NCBI RefSeq assembly: GCF_003324675.1
Contig: NZ_CP030918.1
Coordinates: 1,380,001-1,412,000, forward strand
Direction: 5' to 3'
Source: Paracoccus suum
GTDB taxonomy: Bacteria > Pseudomonadota > Alphaproteobacteria > Rhodobacterales > Rhodobacteraceae
DNA length: 32,000 nt
The translations under genes were made by a program, and so were the position numbers. Positions within the stretch are counted from its first letter, which is position 1. Each line of letters begins with the position of its first letter. Below are positions 16,906-25,848 of this stretch, one piece after another. The notes under the pieces are model-generated. The model was not told the origin of the DNA and ran no database searches. It was given only the letters and a program-made list of their open reading frames with translations.

Positions 16906-17438
16906 CGATATCCCATGGCGTCGGAATCGCCTGGCGTGCCGCGGCGCAGGCCGAACAACAGATGTCCCGCTAGAACCACCGGCGGGTAGGCGGCGACAGT
17001 CGCCAGCAATTGCAGCATCGTCTGACCCAATGCCGGCAGCGGCAGCACGAACAGCGCCATGGCAATGCGCTGGGCAAGGATCATGACGGCGATCAGCACG
17101 CCGACGCGCAGCCATTCAACCATGAAGGCATGCTCGCGCCAACGCACTTCGCGATGACGGGCGGCCTCAGTCCCCAAGACGGCGATGGCGGCCCAGAGGC
17201 CGATGGGACGCTGCAGCAGCACATCCTCGATCAGGAACACGGCGGCGATCAGCACCACTGGCACTTGTTCAGGACGCCGTAGCACCCAGGCGAGGGTCAG
17301 GCACAACAGCAGGTCGGGGCCGGGCCAGGTGACGGCGCCGGGATGCAGCGGCAGCAGGCGCAGGAACAACAGCAGCAGGGCAGTGCACACATAGATCGAC
17401 TGACCAATCAGCCGCCGCCGGGTCGGAGCCTCGATCAT
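16902..17438 (-). CDS. mreD: Rod shape-determining protein MreD
   Basis: 178-aa hydrophobic multi-TM protein between mreC and mrdA, with ATGA overlaps at both ends. Confidence 0.85.
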   Translation of the reverse strand: MIEAPTRRRLIGQSIYVCTALLLLFLRLLPLHPGAVTWPGPDLLLCLTLAWVLRRPEQVPVVLIAAVFLIEDVLLQRPIGLWAAIAVLGTEAARHREVRWREHAFMVEWLRVGVLIAVMILAQRIAMALFVLPLPALGQTMLQLLATVAAYPPVVLAGHLLFGLRRGTPGDSDAMGYR

Positions 17439-18361
17439 GGTCGGGGCGCCGGAGGAGCAGGGTTGGCCGCAGCGGCTGGCGCCGCCGGGAGCTGCGGGCC
17501 GATCTGCTGCTGGGGCGGAGCGATGACCGATGCCTGATCCGAGATCGCCTCGGAGGGGTGCGAGCGCAGCACGCGCAGGAATTCCAACCGGCCGTAATCA
17601 GCTGCCATGCGCACCCGCAACCGCCCGTCGCTGGCCTGCGCCACCTGGCCGACCACCAGGCCCGCCGGGAAGACGCCCCCGTCGCCGCTGCTGATGACCC
17701 GGTCGCCTGGGCGGACATCCTCGGGACGCTCGATGAAGTCCAGGACGGGAAACTGGGTGTTGTCACCCGCCAGCAGGGCGTGCTGGCCCGACGGCAGAAT
17801 CCGCACGGGAAGGCGCGAAGAGGGGTCGGTCAGTAGCATCACGCGGCTGGTGCGCTGGCCGACGCCGCTGATGCGGCCCACCAGTCCCAGACCGTCCATA
17901 GTCGCCCAGCCGTCCAGCACGCCATCGCGGGCGCCGACGTTCAGCAGGACCGACTGGCGGAAGGCCGTGCCCGAATCTGTCAGCACCACGCCCGAGACCG
18001 AAGTCAGGGCCGGGTCCAGCCGCACGTTGTTCTGGGCCAGCAGCTTGGCGTTCTCCTGCTCCAGTTGGACGGCGGCCTCTTTCCAGGCCGACATTTTCTG
18101 CAACTCGCGGCGAAGCTCCTGATTCTGCTCGTAAAGGCGGGAATAGGACTGAAAGCCCTCGACCATGGTCGACAGTTTTGCCGCGGGCAGCAGCGCCCAT
18201 TCGAACGAAGGGACGAAGCGGTCGATGAATGCGGCGCGCAACTGCTCTGCGCGCGGGCTGTCGATGCGCCAGACCAGGAACAGTCCCAGCAGGATCAGGA
18301 CCAGCAGCGCGACCAGCACCCGACGCACGGGCGTCGCGAAATCGTGGCTGGCCCGCGCCAT
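17435..18361 (-). CDS. mreC: Rod shape-determining protein MreC
   Basis: 308 aa. N-terminal TM segment, coiled coil (YEQNQELRRELQKM...LEQENAKLL), and beta-rich core with G.VVG.V and D.V.SSG.GGVFP.GL.VG motifs. Confidence 0.9.
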   Translation of the reverse strand: MARASHDFATPVRRVLVALLVLILLGLFLVWRIDSPRAEQLRAAFIDRFVPSFEWALLPAAKLSTMVEGFQSYSRLYEQNQELRRELQKMSAWKEAAVQLEQENAKLLAQNNVRLDPALTSVSGVVLTDSGTAFRQSVLLNVGARDGVLDGWATMDGLGLVGRISGVGQRTSRVMLLTDPSSRLPVRILPSGQHALLAGDNTQFPVLDFIERPEDVRPGDRVISSGDGGVFPAGLVVGQVAQASDGRLRVRMAADYGRLEFLRVLRSHPSEAISDQASVIAPPQQQIGPQLPAAPAAAANPAPPAPRP

Positions 18362-18371
18362 TCAGCCTGCC

Positions 18372-19574
<1,203 letters not shown>

Positions 19575-19620
19575 TCAGGAAGGTGCGCGCTCGCACGACA
19601 GGCGGATGGAGGATCACCTC

Positions 19621-20001
19621 ATGGCCCAGACGGCAAAGGACATGGTCGCGGCGGCAAACGCGGCGATCCGGAAGGTCTCGGCGGAGGAGGCGCAACGCCT
19701 TGTCGCAGAGGAGGGGGCGCTACTGGTCGATGTTCGGGACGCACCCGAGCTGGCGAGCGCGGGCAAATTGAAGGGCGCGACCCATGTATCGCGCGGCATG
19801 CTGGAGTTTAAGGCCGACCCGACCAGCCCCTACCACGACGCGGACTTCGATCCCTCGCGTCCGGTGGTCCTCTACTGCGCCTCTGGTGGCCGGGCGGCAC
19901 TGGCGGGCAAGGCCCTGACCGACCTTGGTTATACGCGGGTCTATAATCTGGGCGGCTTCAAGGACGCGACCGAAGCGGGGGCCAAGACCGAGCCGGCGTG
20001 A
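19621..20001 (+). CDS. Rhodanese-domain sulfurtransferase
   Basis: 126 aa from the ATG at 19621, with ggagga SD 7 nt upstream. Active-site loop CASGGRA (CX4R). ...LLVDVRD.PE... is a typical rhodanese fold motif. Confidence 0.8.
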   Translation: MAQTAKDMVAAANAAIRKVSAEEAQRLVAEEGALLVDVRDAPELASAGKLKGATHVSRGMLEFKADPTSPYHDADFDPSRPVVLYCASGGRAALAGKALTDLGYTRVYNLGGFKDATEAGAKTEPA

Positions 20002-20025
20002 TGCCGGCCCGGTCCCGCCCGGCGG

Positions 20026-21603
20026 TCAGACCGAATACATGCCGATCTGGCGCGAATCGGAATCGGGCGCGGTTTTTTCACGCCGCACCCGCAGGCGGTT
20101 GAGCGCCCCGACATAGGCCTTGACGCTCGCCAGGATGGTGTCGGTGTCCGCGGCCTGGCCGGTGGCGATGCGACCATCCTCCTCCAGCCGGACGCTGACG
20201 GTGGCCTGCGCGTCCGTACCCTCGGTCACGGCATGAACCTGGTAGAGTTGCAGGCGCGACTGGTGGGGGAACAGCGCGTCCACCGCGTTGAAGGCGGCAT
20301 CCACCGGACCGTCGCCCTGCGCCTCGATGGTCTTTTCGGCATTATCCACGATCAGGGTCAGCGTCGCCCAGGCGGGCTCGCCGCCGCCGCAGACCACGCG
20401 CAGCTCGCGCACCTGCAGGAAGTCGCTGTCGGTGTTGGCCGCGCTGTCCTGCATCAGCGCCACCAGGTCGTCGTCGTAGACCTCTTTCTTGCGATCGGCC
20501 AACGCCTTGAAGCGGACGAACACATCCTTCAGCTGGTTGTCACCAACCTCGTAGCCCAGATCGCTCAGTTTCGAACGCAGGGCGGCGCGGCCCGAGTGCT
20601 TGCCCAGCACGATATTGGCGTCGTTCAGTCCAATGTCGGCCGGGCGCATGATCTCGAACGTCTCGACGTTCTTCAGCACGCCGTCCTGATGAATGCCGCT
20701 CTCGTGCAGGAAGGCGTTCTTGCCGACAATCGCCTTGTTGAACTGCACCGGAAAGCCGCTGACCTGGGCCACGCGGCGAGACAGGCCCATGATCTTGCGG
20801 GTGTCGATGCCAGTTTCGAAAGGCATGATGTCGTGGCGCACCTTCAGCGCCATCACGACTTCTTCCAGGGCAGTGTTGCCGGCCCTCTCGCCGAGGCCAT
20901 TGATGGTGCATTCGACCTGCCGCGCGCCGGCCTCGACCGCGGCCAGGCTGTTGGCAGTCGCCATGCCCAGGTCGTTGTGGCAATGGGTGGCAAAGACGAT
21001 CTCGTCGGCCCCGGGCACGCGCTCCAGCAGCATGCGGATCAGTTCGGCCGATTCGCGGGGCGCGGTGTAGCCGACGGTGTCGGGAATGTTGATCGTGGTG
21101 GCCCCGGCCTTGATCGCGATCTCGACCACGCGGCACAGGTAGTCATGCTCGGTCCGGGTGGCATCCATGGGCGACCACTGGACATTGTCGCACAGGTTGC
21201 GCGCGTGGCTGACCGTCTGATGGATGCGGTCGGCCATCTGGTCCTGGTCGAGGTTCGGGATCGCCCGGTGCAGCGGCGAGGTGCCGATGAAGGTGTGGAT
21301 GCGCGGCCGGCGGGCGTGACGCACCGCCTCCCAGCAGCGGTCGATGTCGGGGATCTGGGCGCGGGCCAGCCCGCAGATCACGGCGTTCTGGGCGGCCCTC
21401 GAGATTTCGGATACGGCGGCGAAATCGCCTTCGGAGGCGATGGGAAAGCCGGCTTCGATGATGTCGACGCCCATCTCGTCCAGCATTTGGGCGATTTCCA
21501 GCTTTTCGGCATGGGACATGGTGGCGCCCGGCGATTGCTCGCCATCGCGCAGAGTGGTGTCAAAGATCAGCACGCGGCTGGGGTCACGGGTCATGTCGGA
21601 CAT
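20026..21603 (-). CDS. leuA: 2-isopropylmalate synthase
   Basis: 525 aa. IFDTTLRDGEQSPG, HCHNDLGMATAN and the C-terminal LeuA dimerisation/regulatory domain are recognisable. Confidence 0.96.
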   Translation of the reverse strand: MSDMTRDPSRVLIFDTTLRDGEQSPGATMSHAEKLEIAQMLDEMGVDIIEAGFPIASEGDFAAVSEISRAAQNAVICGLARAQIPDIDRCWEAVRHARRPRIHTFIGTSPLHRAIPNLDQDQMADRIHQTVSHARNLCDNVQWSPMDATRTEHDYLCRVVEIAIKAGATTINIPDTVGYTAPRESAELIRMLLERVPGADEIVFATHCHNDLGMATANSLAAVEAGARQVECTINGLGERAGNTALEEVVMALKVRHDIMPFETGIDTRKIMGLSRRVAQVSGFPVQFNKAIVGKNAFLHESGIHQDGVLKNVETFEIMRPADIGLNDANIVLGKHSGRAALRSKLSDLGYEVGDNQLKDVFVRFKALADRKKEVYDDDLVALMQDSAANTDSDFLQVRELRVVCGGGEPAWATLTLIVDNAEKTIEAQGDGPVDAAFNAVDALFPHQSRLQLYQVHAVTEGTDAQATVSVRLEEDGRIATGQAADTDTILASVKAYVGALNRLRVRREKTAPDSDSRQIGMYSV

Positions 21604-21797
21604 GGAATGCTCTTACGCTTGGGGTTCGGAAAAACGTGCCGGGCGCGTCCCTGCTGAGCGGCGGCCCGGAGACCCGCTCAGCGAAGCGTAAGAAGCAGAA
21701 TGCCGCAGGAGGCGGCAAAAAGCGGGCAGGTCTGGGTCTGGACCATCGACATATCGAAGTTATGGCAAAGCGTCCGGGGCTTGGAAAGGGGGGTCAT
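21604..21797 (-). promoter_or_regulatory. Candidate leucine-responsive leader region of leuA (leader sORF plus SD-sequestering pairing plus hairpin)
   Basis: The RNA segment UUCUUACGCUU (21694->21684, the leader Leu codons) is complementary to AAGCGUAAGAG (21620->21610), which ends 6 nt 5' of the leuA AUG. A nested 9-bp hairpin GCUGAGCGG/CCGCUCAGC (21682->21674 with 21661->21653) includes the leader stop codon. Confidence 0.45.
21678..21752 (-). CDS. Putative leu leader peptide MSMVQTQTCPLFAASCGILLLTLR (24 aa; 39 aa if started at the ATG at 21797)
   Basis: Short ORF ending TGA at 21678-21680. Its last codons are AUU CUG CUU CUU ACG CUU CGC UGA, with Leu-rich use of the locally uncommon CUU codon. 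No clear SD precedes the ATG at 21752. The upstream in-frame ATG at 21797 overlaps the DUF2062 stop as ATGA. Confidence 0.35.
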   Translation of the reverse strand: MSMVQTQTCPLFAASCGILLLTLR

Positions 21798-22437
21798 GCA
21801 GTGGGTGGCCTTTGGTCGGGCGACGGCGGTTCGGTGGGCTCGGGACGCTTGCGCGCACGGCGCAGGGCGCGGCGGCGCTGGTAGGTCTGGACGATGCTGA
21901 CGGTCAGCGCGTGCGCCACGATTGCCGCGGCAAAGCCCGGCAGTAGGCCGCCGATGAAATAGGGCCAGATGATCTGCTCGAACACGGCCCCCAGATGTCC
22001 CCATTGGGGCGCGCGGTCCGAAGTGAGCGTCAGAAGGTTGGTCGCCACCTCGCCGATGGCGCGGCCGACCTCGGACAGGATCACCTGCGGCCCGACATGA
22101 CCGTCGATGCCCAACATGCGGCGACCCAGATCGACGGAGAGCACGGCGATGAAGGGAAACGTCAGCGGGTTGCCGACCAGCGTGCCGATCAGCGCCGCCA
22201 GCACGTTGCCGCTGACCGCCCAGGCGAGCAGCCCGGCGGCGACGAAGTGCAGGCCGAAAAGCGGGGTGAACGAGACGAACACGCCCGCCCCCACCCCCGG
22301 CCGATGCGGTGCGGCGCGTCCGGCAGGCGGCGCAGGCGGTGCAGCACATAGCGTCCCGCTCGGGTCCAGCCCCCGCGGGGATAGACCGCCTCCTGGGCAA
22401 TCTGGGTATAGCTGCGCGGGGTGCGGCGCTTGAACAT
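21794..22437 (-). pseudogene. DUF2062-family membrane protein, reading frame interrupted by a 1-nt frameshift near 22294
   Basis: The N-terminal part MFKRRTPRSYTQIAQEAVYPRGGWTRAGRYVLHRLRRLPDAPHRIGRG lies in one frame (ATG at 22437). The continuation (V)GAGVFVSFTPLFGLHFVAAGLLAW... lies in the -1 frame, ending at 21794. The junction falls in ccccc-a-ccccc (22288-22298). Together they reconstitute a typical DUF2062 protein. Confidence 0.7.
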
Positions 22438-22537
22438 CGGCGATACCAAGGTTGCGACGGCCCTGGCACCCTGCGGCGTAACGCCCGTGGGGGCAACCCG
22501 GCGGCCGAAACGTGGGAAATGACGAGGCGCCCGCGGC

Positions 22538-24667
22538 TCAGGGCTGCAGCGCGGGGTCCCGGGTGCGGGCCACCTGCGCGACATCGCTTTCCGCCTCGAG
22601 CGCGGTCAGCAGCGCGTGCAGATGCTCGCTGTCGCGCAGCGAGACCTCGATCCGCAGGCGGTAGAAGTCCGGCTTGCGCTCAAGGAACTCCAGATCCGCG
22701 ATGTTGGCGCCTTGCGTGCCGATCAGCGTGCAAATCCGGCCGAGAACGCCGGCATCGTTGCGGATCGTCAGCGTCAGCGTGGCGGAATACACCGCGGGAT
22801 GGCGTCCCTCGCGCCAGCGAAGGTCGACCCAGCGGTCAGGATATTCCTCGAAATCGGCCAGCACCGGGCAGTCGATGGCGTGGATGACCACGCCCTTGCC
22901 GCGGTAGGTGATGCCGACGATGCGCTCGCCCGGAAGAGGCTGGCAGCAGGGGGCGCGGGAAAAGCTCTGGTCGGCCTCCAAACCGGCGACCGCGTGATCG
23001 GCCGGGATCTCCTCCGAGGTCTGGACAAGCTCGGGATAAAGCGCGCGCAGCACCTCGCGGGTGCTGATCTCGGCGCTCCCGATGCGGGCCAGCAGCTCGT
23101 CGGTATCGGGCATGGCCAGCGTGCGCGCGGCGGTGCGCAGGGCCTTGTCGGTCAGCTTGCGGCCGACATGCTCGAACGCAACGCGGGCCAGTTCCTGCCC
23201 CAGCCGCACGAAGCGCGAGCGGTCCTCCTCGCGCAGGCTGCGGCGGATGGCGGCCTTGGCGCGGCCGGTTTCGACGATGTCCAGCCAGGCGGTCTGCGGA
23301 CGCTGTCCGGCGGCGGTGATGATCTCGACCGACTGCCCGTTCTTGAGCCTGGTCCACAGCGGAACACGGATGCCGTCGACCTTGGCCCCGACTGAGGAGT
23401 TGCCGATACGCGTATGGATTGCATAGGCAAAATCAATCGGGGTCGCCCCCTTGGGCAACTGGATGACGTCGCCCTTGGGCGAGAAGCAGAACACCTGATC
23501 GGAATACATCTCGAGCTTCACATGCTCGAGGAAGGCGTCGTGATCCTCCTCGCCCAGCCGCTCATTCAGCTGCTCCAGCCACTCGCCCGGATCGACCGCG
23601 AACGGATTGCGGGTGCGCACGCCGTCGCGATAGGCCCAGTGCGCCGCGACCCCGGCCTCGGCGACCTCGTGCATCTGGCGGGTGCGGATCTGTACCTCGA
23701 TGCGGGTGCCGTCGCGGCCCGAAACGGTCGTGTGGATCGAGCGATAGCCGTTCGCCTTGGGCTGGCTGATGTAGTCCTTGAACCGCCCGGGGACCGTCCG
23801 CCACCGCTGGTGGATGACGCCCAGCGCGCGATAGCAGTCGGCCTCGCTGTGGGTGATTATGCGAAAGCCGTAGATGTCCGACAGACGCGAGAAGGCGAGC
23901 TGCTTTTCCTGCATCTTGCGCCAGATGCTGAACGGCTTTTTCGCGCGACCAAAGACGTCAGCCTCGATCCCCGCCTTTTCCAGTTCGCCACGAATGTCGG
24001 CGGTGATGGTCGGGATGACGTCGCCGGTTTCCTTTTGCAGCGTCACGAAGCGCCGGATGATGCTGTTACGGGCCTCGGGATTGATGACCTTGAAGGCCAG
24101 GTCCTCAAGCTCCTCACGCATCCATTGCATGCCCATCCGCCCGGCCAGCGGGGCAAAGATGTCCATCGTCTCGCGCGCCTTCTGGACCTGCTTTTCAGGC
24201 CGCATCGAGCGAATGGTGCGCATGTTGTGCAGACGGTCCGCCAGCTTGACCAGAATCACGCGAAGATCGCGCGACATAGCCATGAATAGTTTGCGGAAAT
24301 TCTCGGCCTGCTTGGACTGCGCGCCGGACAGTTGCAGGTTGGTCAGCTTGGTGACGCCGTCGACCAGCTCGGCGATGTCGCGTCCGAACAGCGCCGCGAC
24401 ATCGGCCCAGGTCGAGCGCGTATCCTCGATCGTGTCGTGCAACAGGGCCGTGATGATGGTCGCGTCGTCAAGCTGCATCTCGGTCAGGATGGCGGCGACG
24501 GCGGCAGGATGGGTGAAGTAGGGCTCGCCCGAGTGGCGGAACTGACCCTCGTGCATGCGCTGGCCGTAGGCCCAAGCCTGCCGGATCAGCGCCTCGTTGG
24601 TGCGTGGATTGTAGTTGCGGATCAGCGCAACGAGGTCGTCGGCGTCGATCGAACCTGTCTGCCCCAT
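22538..24667 (-). CDS. spoT: Bifunctional (p)ppGpp synthetase/hydrolase (RelA/SpoT homologue, Rsh)
   Basis: 709 aa. HD hydrolase domain (HPAAVA...LHDTIEDT), synthetase domain (YRSIHTTV, EVQIRT..MH), and TGS and ACT-like C-terminal domains. It lies immediately downstream of rpoZ. Confidence 0.95.
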   Translation of the reverse strand: MGQTGSIDADDLVALIRNYNPRTNEALIRQAWAYGQRMHEGQFRHSGEPYFTHPAAVAAILTEMQLDDATIITALLHDTIEDTRSTWADVAALFGRDIAELVDGVTKLTNLQLSGAQSKQAENFRKLFMAMSRDLRVILVKLADRLHNMRTIRSMRPEKQVQKARETMDIFAPLAGRMGMQWMREELEDLAFKVINPEARNSIIRRFVTLQKETGDVIPTITADIRGELEKAGIEADVFGRAKKPFSIWRKMQEKQLAFSRLSDIYGFRIITHSEADCYRALGVIHQRWRTVPGRFKDYISQPKANGYRSIHTTVSGRDGTRIEVQIRTRQMHEVAEAGVAAHWAYRDGVRTRNPFAVDPGEWLEQLNERLGEEDHDAFLEHVKLEMYSDQVFCFSPKGDVIQLPKGATPIDFAYAIHTRIGNSSVGAKVDGIRVPLWTRLKNGQSVEIITAAGQRPQTAWLDIVETGRAKAAIRRSLREEDRSRFVRLGQELARVAFEHVGRKLTDKALRTAARTLAMPDTDELLARIGSAEISTREVLRALYPELVQTSEEIPADHAVAGLEADQSFSRAPCCQPLPGERIVGITYRGKGVVIHAIDCPVLADFEEYPDRWVDLRWREGRHPAVYSATLTLTIRNDAGVLGRICTLIGTQGANIADLEFLERKPDFYRLRIEVSLRDSEHLHALLTALEAESDVAQVARTRDPALQP

Positions 24668-24701
24668 GGCGCTGATGCCGGTTGCGTTCGGGATGGCGGA
24701 C

Positions 24702-25058
24702 TCAGCCGCGTTCCTGCGCGTCGAGCATCATGCGCAACATCCGCTCTTCGTTTTCGTCGTCGAGGGGCTTGGGACGATCGACCTCGGCGCCGATGATCAG
24801 CGCCATCGCGTCTTCCTCAGGCTCGTCGACCTCGATCTGGGTCTGGGTGGTGACGATCATCCGCTCGCGCAGGTCATCGACCGGCTGGGCCTCGTCCGCG
24901 ATTTCGCGCAGGGCCACGACCGCGTTCTTGTCGTCGTCGCGCGCAACCGTCAGCGGCGAGCCGGCAGCGATCTCACGCGCGCGATGGGCGGCAAGCATCA
25001 CCAGATCAAAGCGGTTCGGCACCTTGTCAACGCAATCTTCGACCGTAACGCGGGCCAT
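24702..25058 (-). CDS. rpoZ: DNA-directed RNA polymerase subunit omega
   Basis: 118 aa. [30 protein letters not shown] is the canonical omega N-terminus. Confidence 0.95.
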   Translation of the reverse strand: MARVTVEDCVDKVPNRFDLVMLAAHRAREIAAGSPLTVARDDDKNAVVALREIADEAQPVDDLRERMIVTTQTQIEVDEPEEDAMALIIGAEVDRPKPLDDENEERMLRMMLDAQERG

Positions 25059-25098
25059 GGGTCACCTTTCAAAGGGGATCGGACACAGGGAAACACGG

Positions 25099-25127
25099 CA
25101 GATGGGCCGCGCAGCGGCGGTTGTCAA
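25099..25127 (-). promoter_or_regulatory. Candidate promoter of rpoZ-spoT (TTGACA-N17-CATCTG on the minus strand)
   Basis: Minus-strand TTGACA (25127->25122), a 17-nt spacer, and CATCTG (25104->25099), about 40 nt upstream of the rpoZ ATG. A second cTTGACAa copy lies 23 nt further upstream (25144-25151 on the plus strand). Confidence 0.3.
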
Positions 25128-25146
25128 GGAGTATCGCCTGCGCTTG

Positions 25147-25764
25147 TCAAGCGTTTTCGCGGCCAATCGGGTGCAGACCGTCCGTCGCGGCGGGTGGTAG
25201 GTCGGCCAGCATCTGGGCCACGTCTGCCCCGAGGCGAGGATGCCGCCAACCCGGCGCGATGTCGGCCAGCGGGCGCAGCACAAACGCGCGGTCCTGCAGG
25301 CGCGGGTGGGGCAGGATCAGCCGGTCAGGCACCTGCACGCGCTGGACTGCGTCGGGCAGGGCGCGCCAGGCGTCCTGCGTGGCGCCGTCGGGCAGGACTT
25401 GCGTTTCCTTCGCCAGTAGGTCGATATCGATCACCCGCGGCCCCCAACGGCCGCTTGCCGCGTCGCGCACGCGGCCTAGCGTGGCCTCGATTCCATGTAG
25501 CCGCGCCAGCAGCGCCTCGGGGGGCAGCGGCGTGGCGATTTCGGCGGCTGCATTGACGTAATCCGGGCCGCTGCCGGCGGGATAAGCAGGGCTCACGAAA
25601 AATCGACTGACCGCCGTCAGCGTCATCTCGGCATCGCTCGCGAGGGCCGTGAGTGCAGCAATCAAGGCCTGTCGCGGGAATCCGAGCGCTGAGGGGAGGT
25701 TAGCCCCCAGCGCCAGCAGGGCGCGCGGATGCTTGACGTATGGATTGGTTAGTGATTTCCCCAT
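25147..25764 (-). CDS. folK: 2-amino-4-hydroxy-6-hydroxymethyldihydropteridine diphosphokinase
   Basis: ALLALGANLPS..., GPRVIDIDLL and ILPHPRLQDRAFVL motifs are typical of HPPK. Start trimmed to the ATG at 25764, because the ORF-track 5' extension to 26187 runs antisense through the NYN gene. Confidence 0.85.
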   Translation of the reverse strand: MGKSLTNPYVKHPRALLALGANLPSALGFPRQALIAALTALASDAEMTLTAVSRFFVSPAYPAGSGPDYVNAAAEIATPLPPEALLARLHGIEATLGRVRDAASGRWGPRVIDIDLLAKETQVLPDGATQDAWRALPDAVQRVQVPDRLILPHPRLQDRAFVLRPLADIAPGWRHPRLGADVAQMLADLPPAATDGLHPIGRENA

Positions 25765-25848
25765 TCGCCTGTGCCTTTCACGCCGACCTTGCGGCCCGCG
25801 CCAATCCCGCCCGTTCGCTATCGGCAAGCTACCCCTGAAAGGGAAGCC

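Noticed and set aside
16906-17115. N-terminal extensions of ORF-track entries: mrdA to 17115, mreB to 19565, folK to 26187, rplU from 10620, infA from 30671, nucleoside hydrolase to 7566, dehydrogenase to 13842, GST from 27466, NYN from 25771 and rhodanese from 19531.
   Set aside because: The extensions overlap neighbouring genes or add Arg/Pro-rich non-homologous sequence. Internal ATGs restore canonical family N-termini and have SD motifs or ATGA coupling to the upstream gene.
19992-20008. gccggc-gtgat-gccggc hairpin overlapping the rhodanese stop, considered as a bidirectional terminator between rhodanese and leuA.
   Set aside because: It has only 6 bp, overlaps coding sequence, and has no U-tract on either strand. 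That is not enough to call.
21630-21669. Possible intrinsic terminator in the leuA leader: minus-strand CCGGGC (21669->21664) pairing with GCCCGG (21644->21639), followed by CACG and UUUUU (21634->21630).
   Set aside because: It has only a 6-bp stem with a 19-nt loop, and a 4-nt spacer before the U-run. That is too weak to call a canonical attenuator terminator. The SD-sequestering pairing explains the region better, but a transcriptional component cannot be excluded without folding or experiments.
22288-22298. Phase-variable expression of the DUF2062 gene through slipped-strand mispairing at the C5-A-C5 tract.
   Set aside because: Homopolymer runs of 5 are shorter than the tracts that usually give appreciable phase-variation rates. 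A sequencing error or a simple inactivating indel is more parsimonious.
21678-22496. 272-aa minus-strand ORF spanning the leuA leader region and the DUF2062 gene in a third frame.
   Set aside because: Most of it is an out-of-frame read through the DUF2062 coding region (Arg/Pro/Ala-rich). Only its last 24-39 codons, which lie in the intergenic region, are considered further, as the candidate leader peptide.
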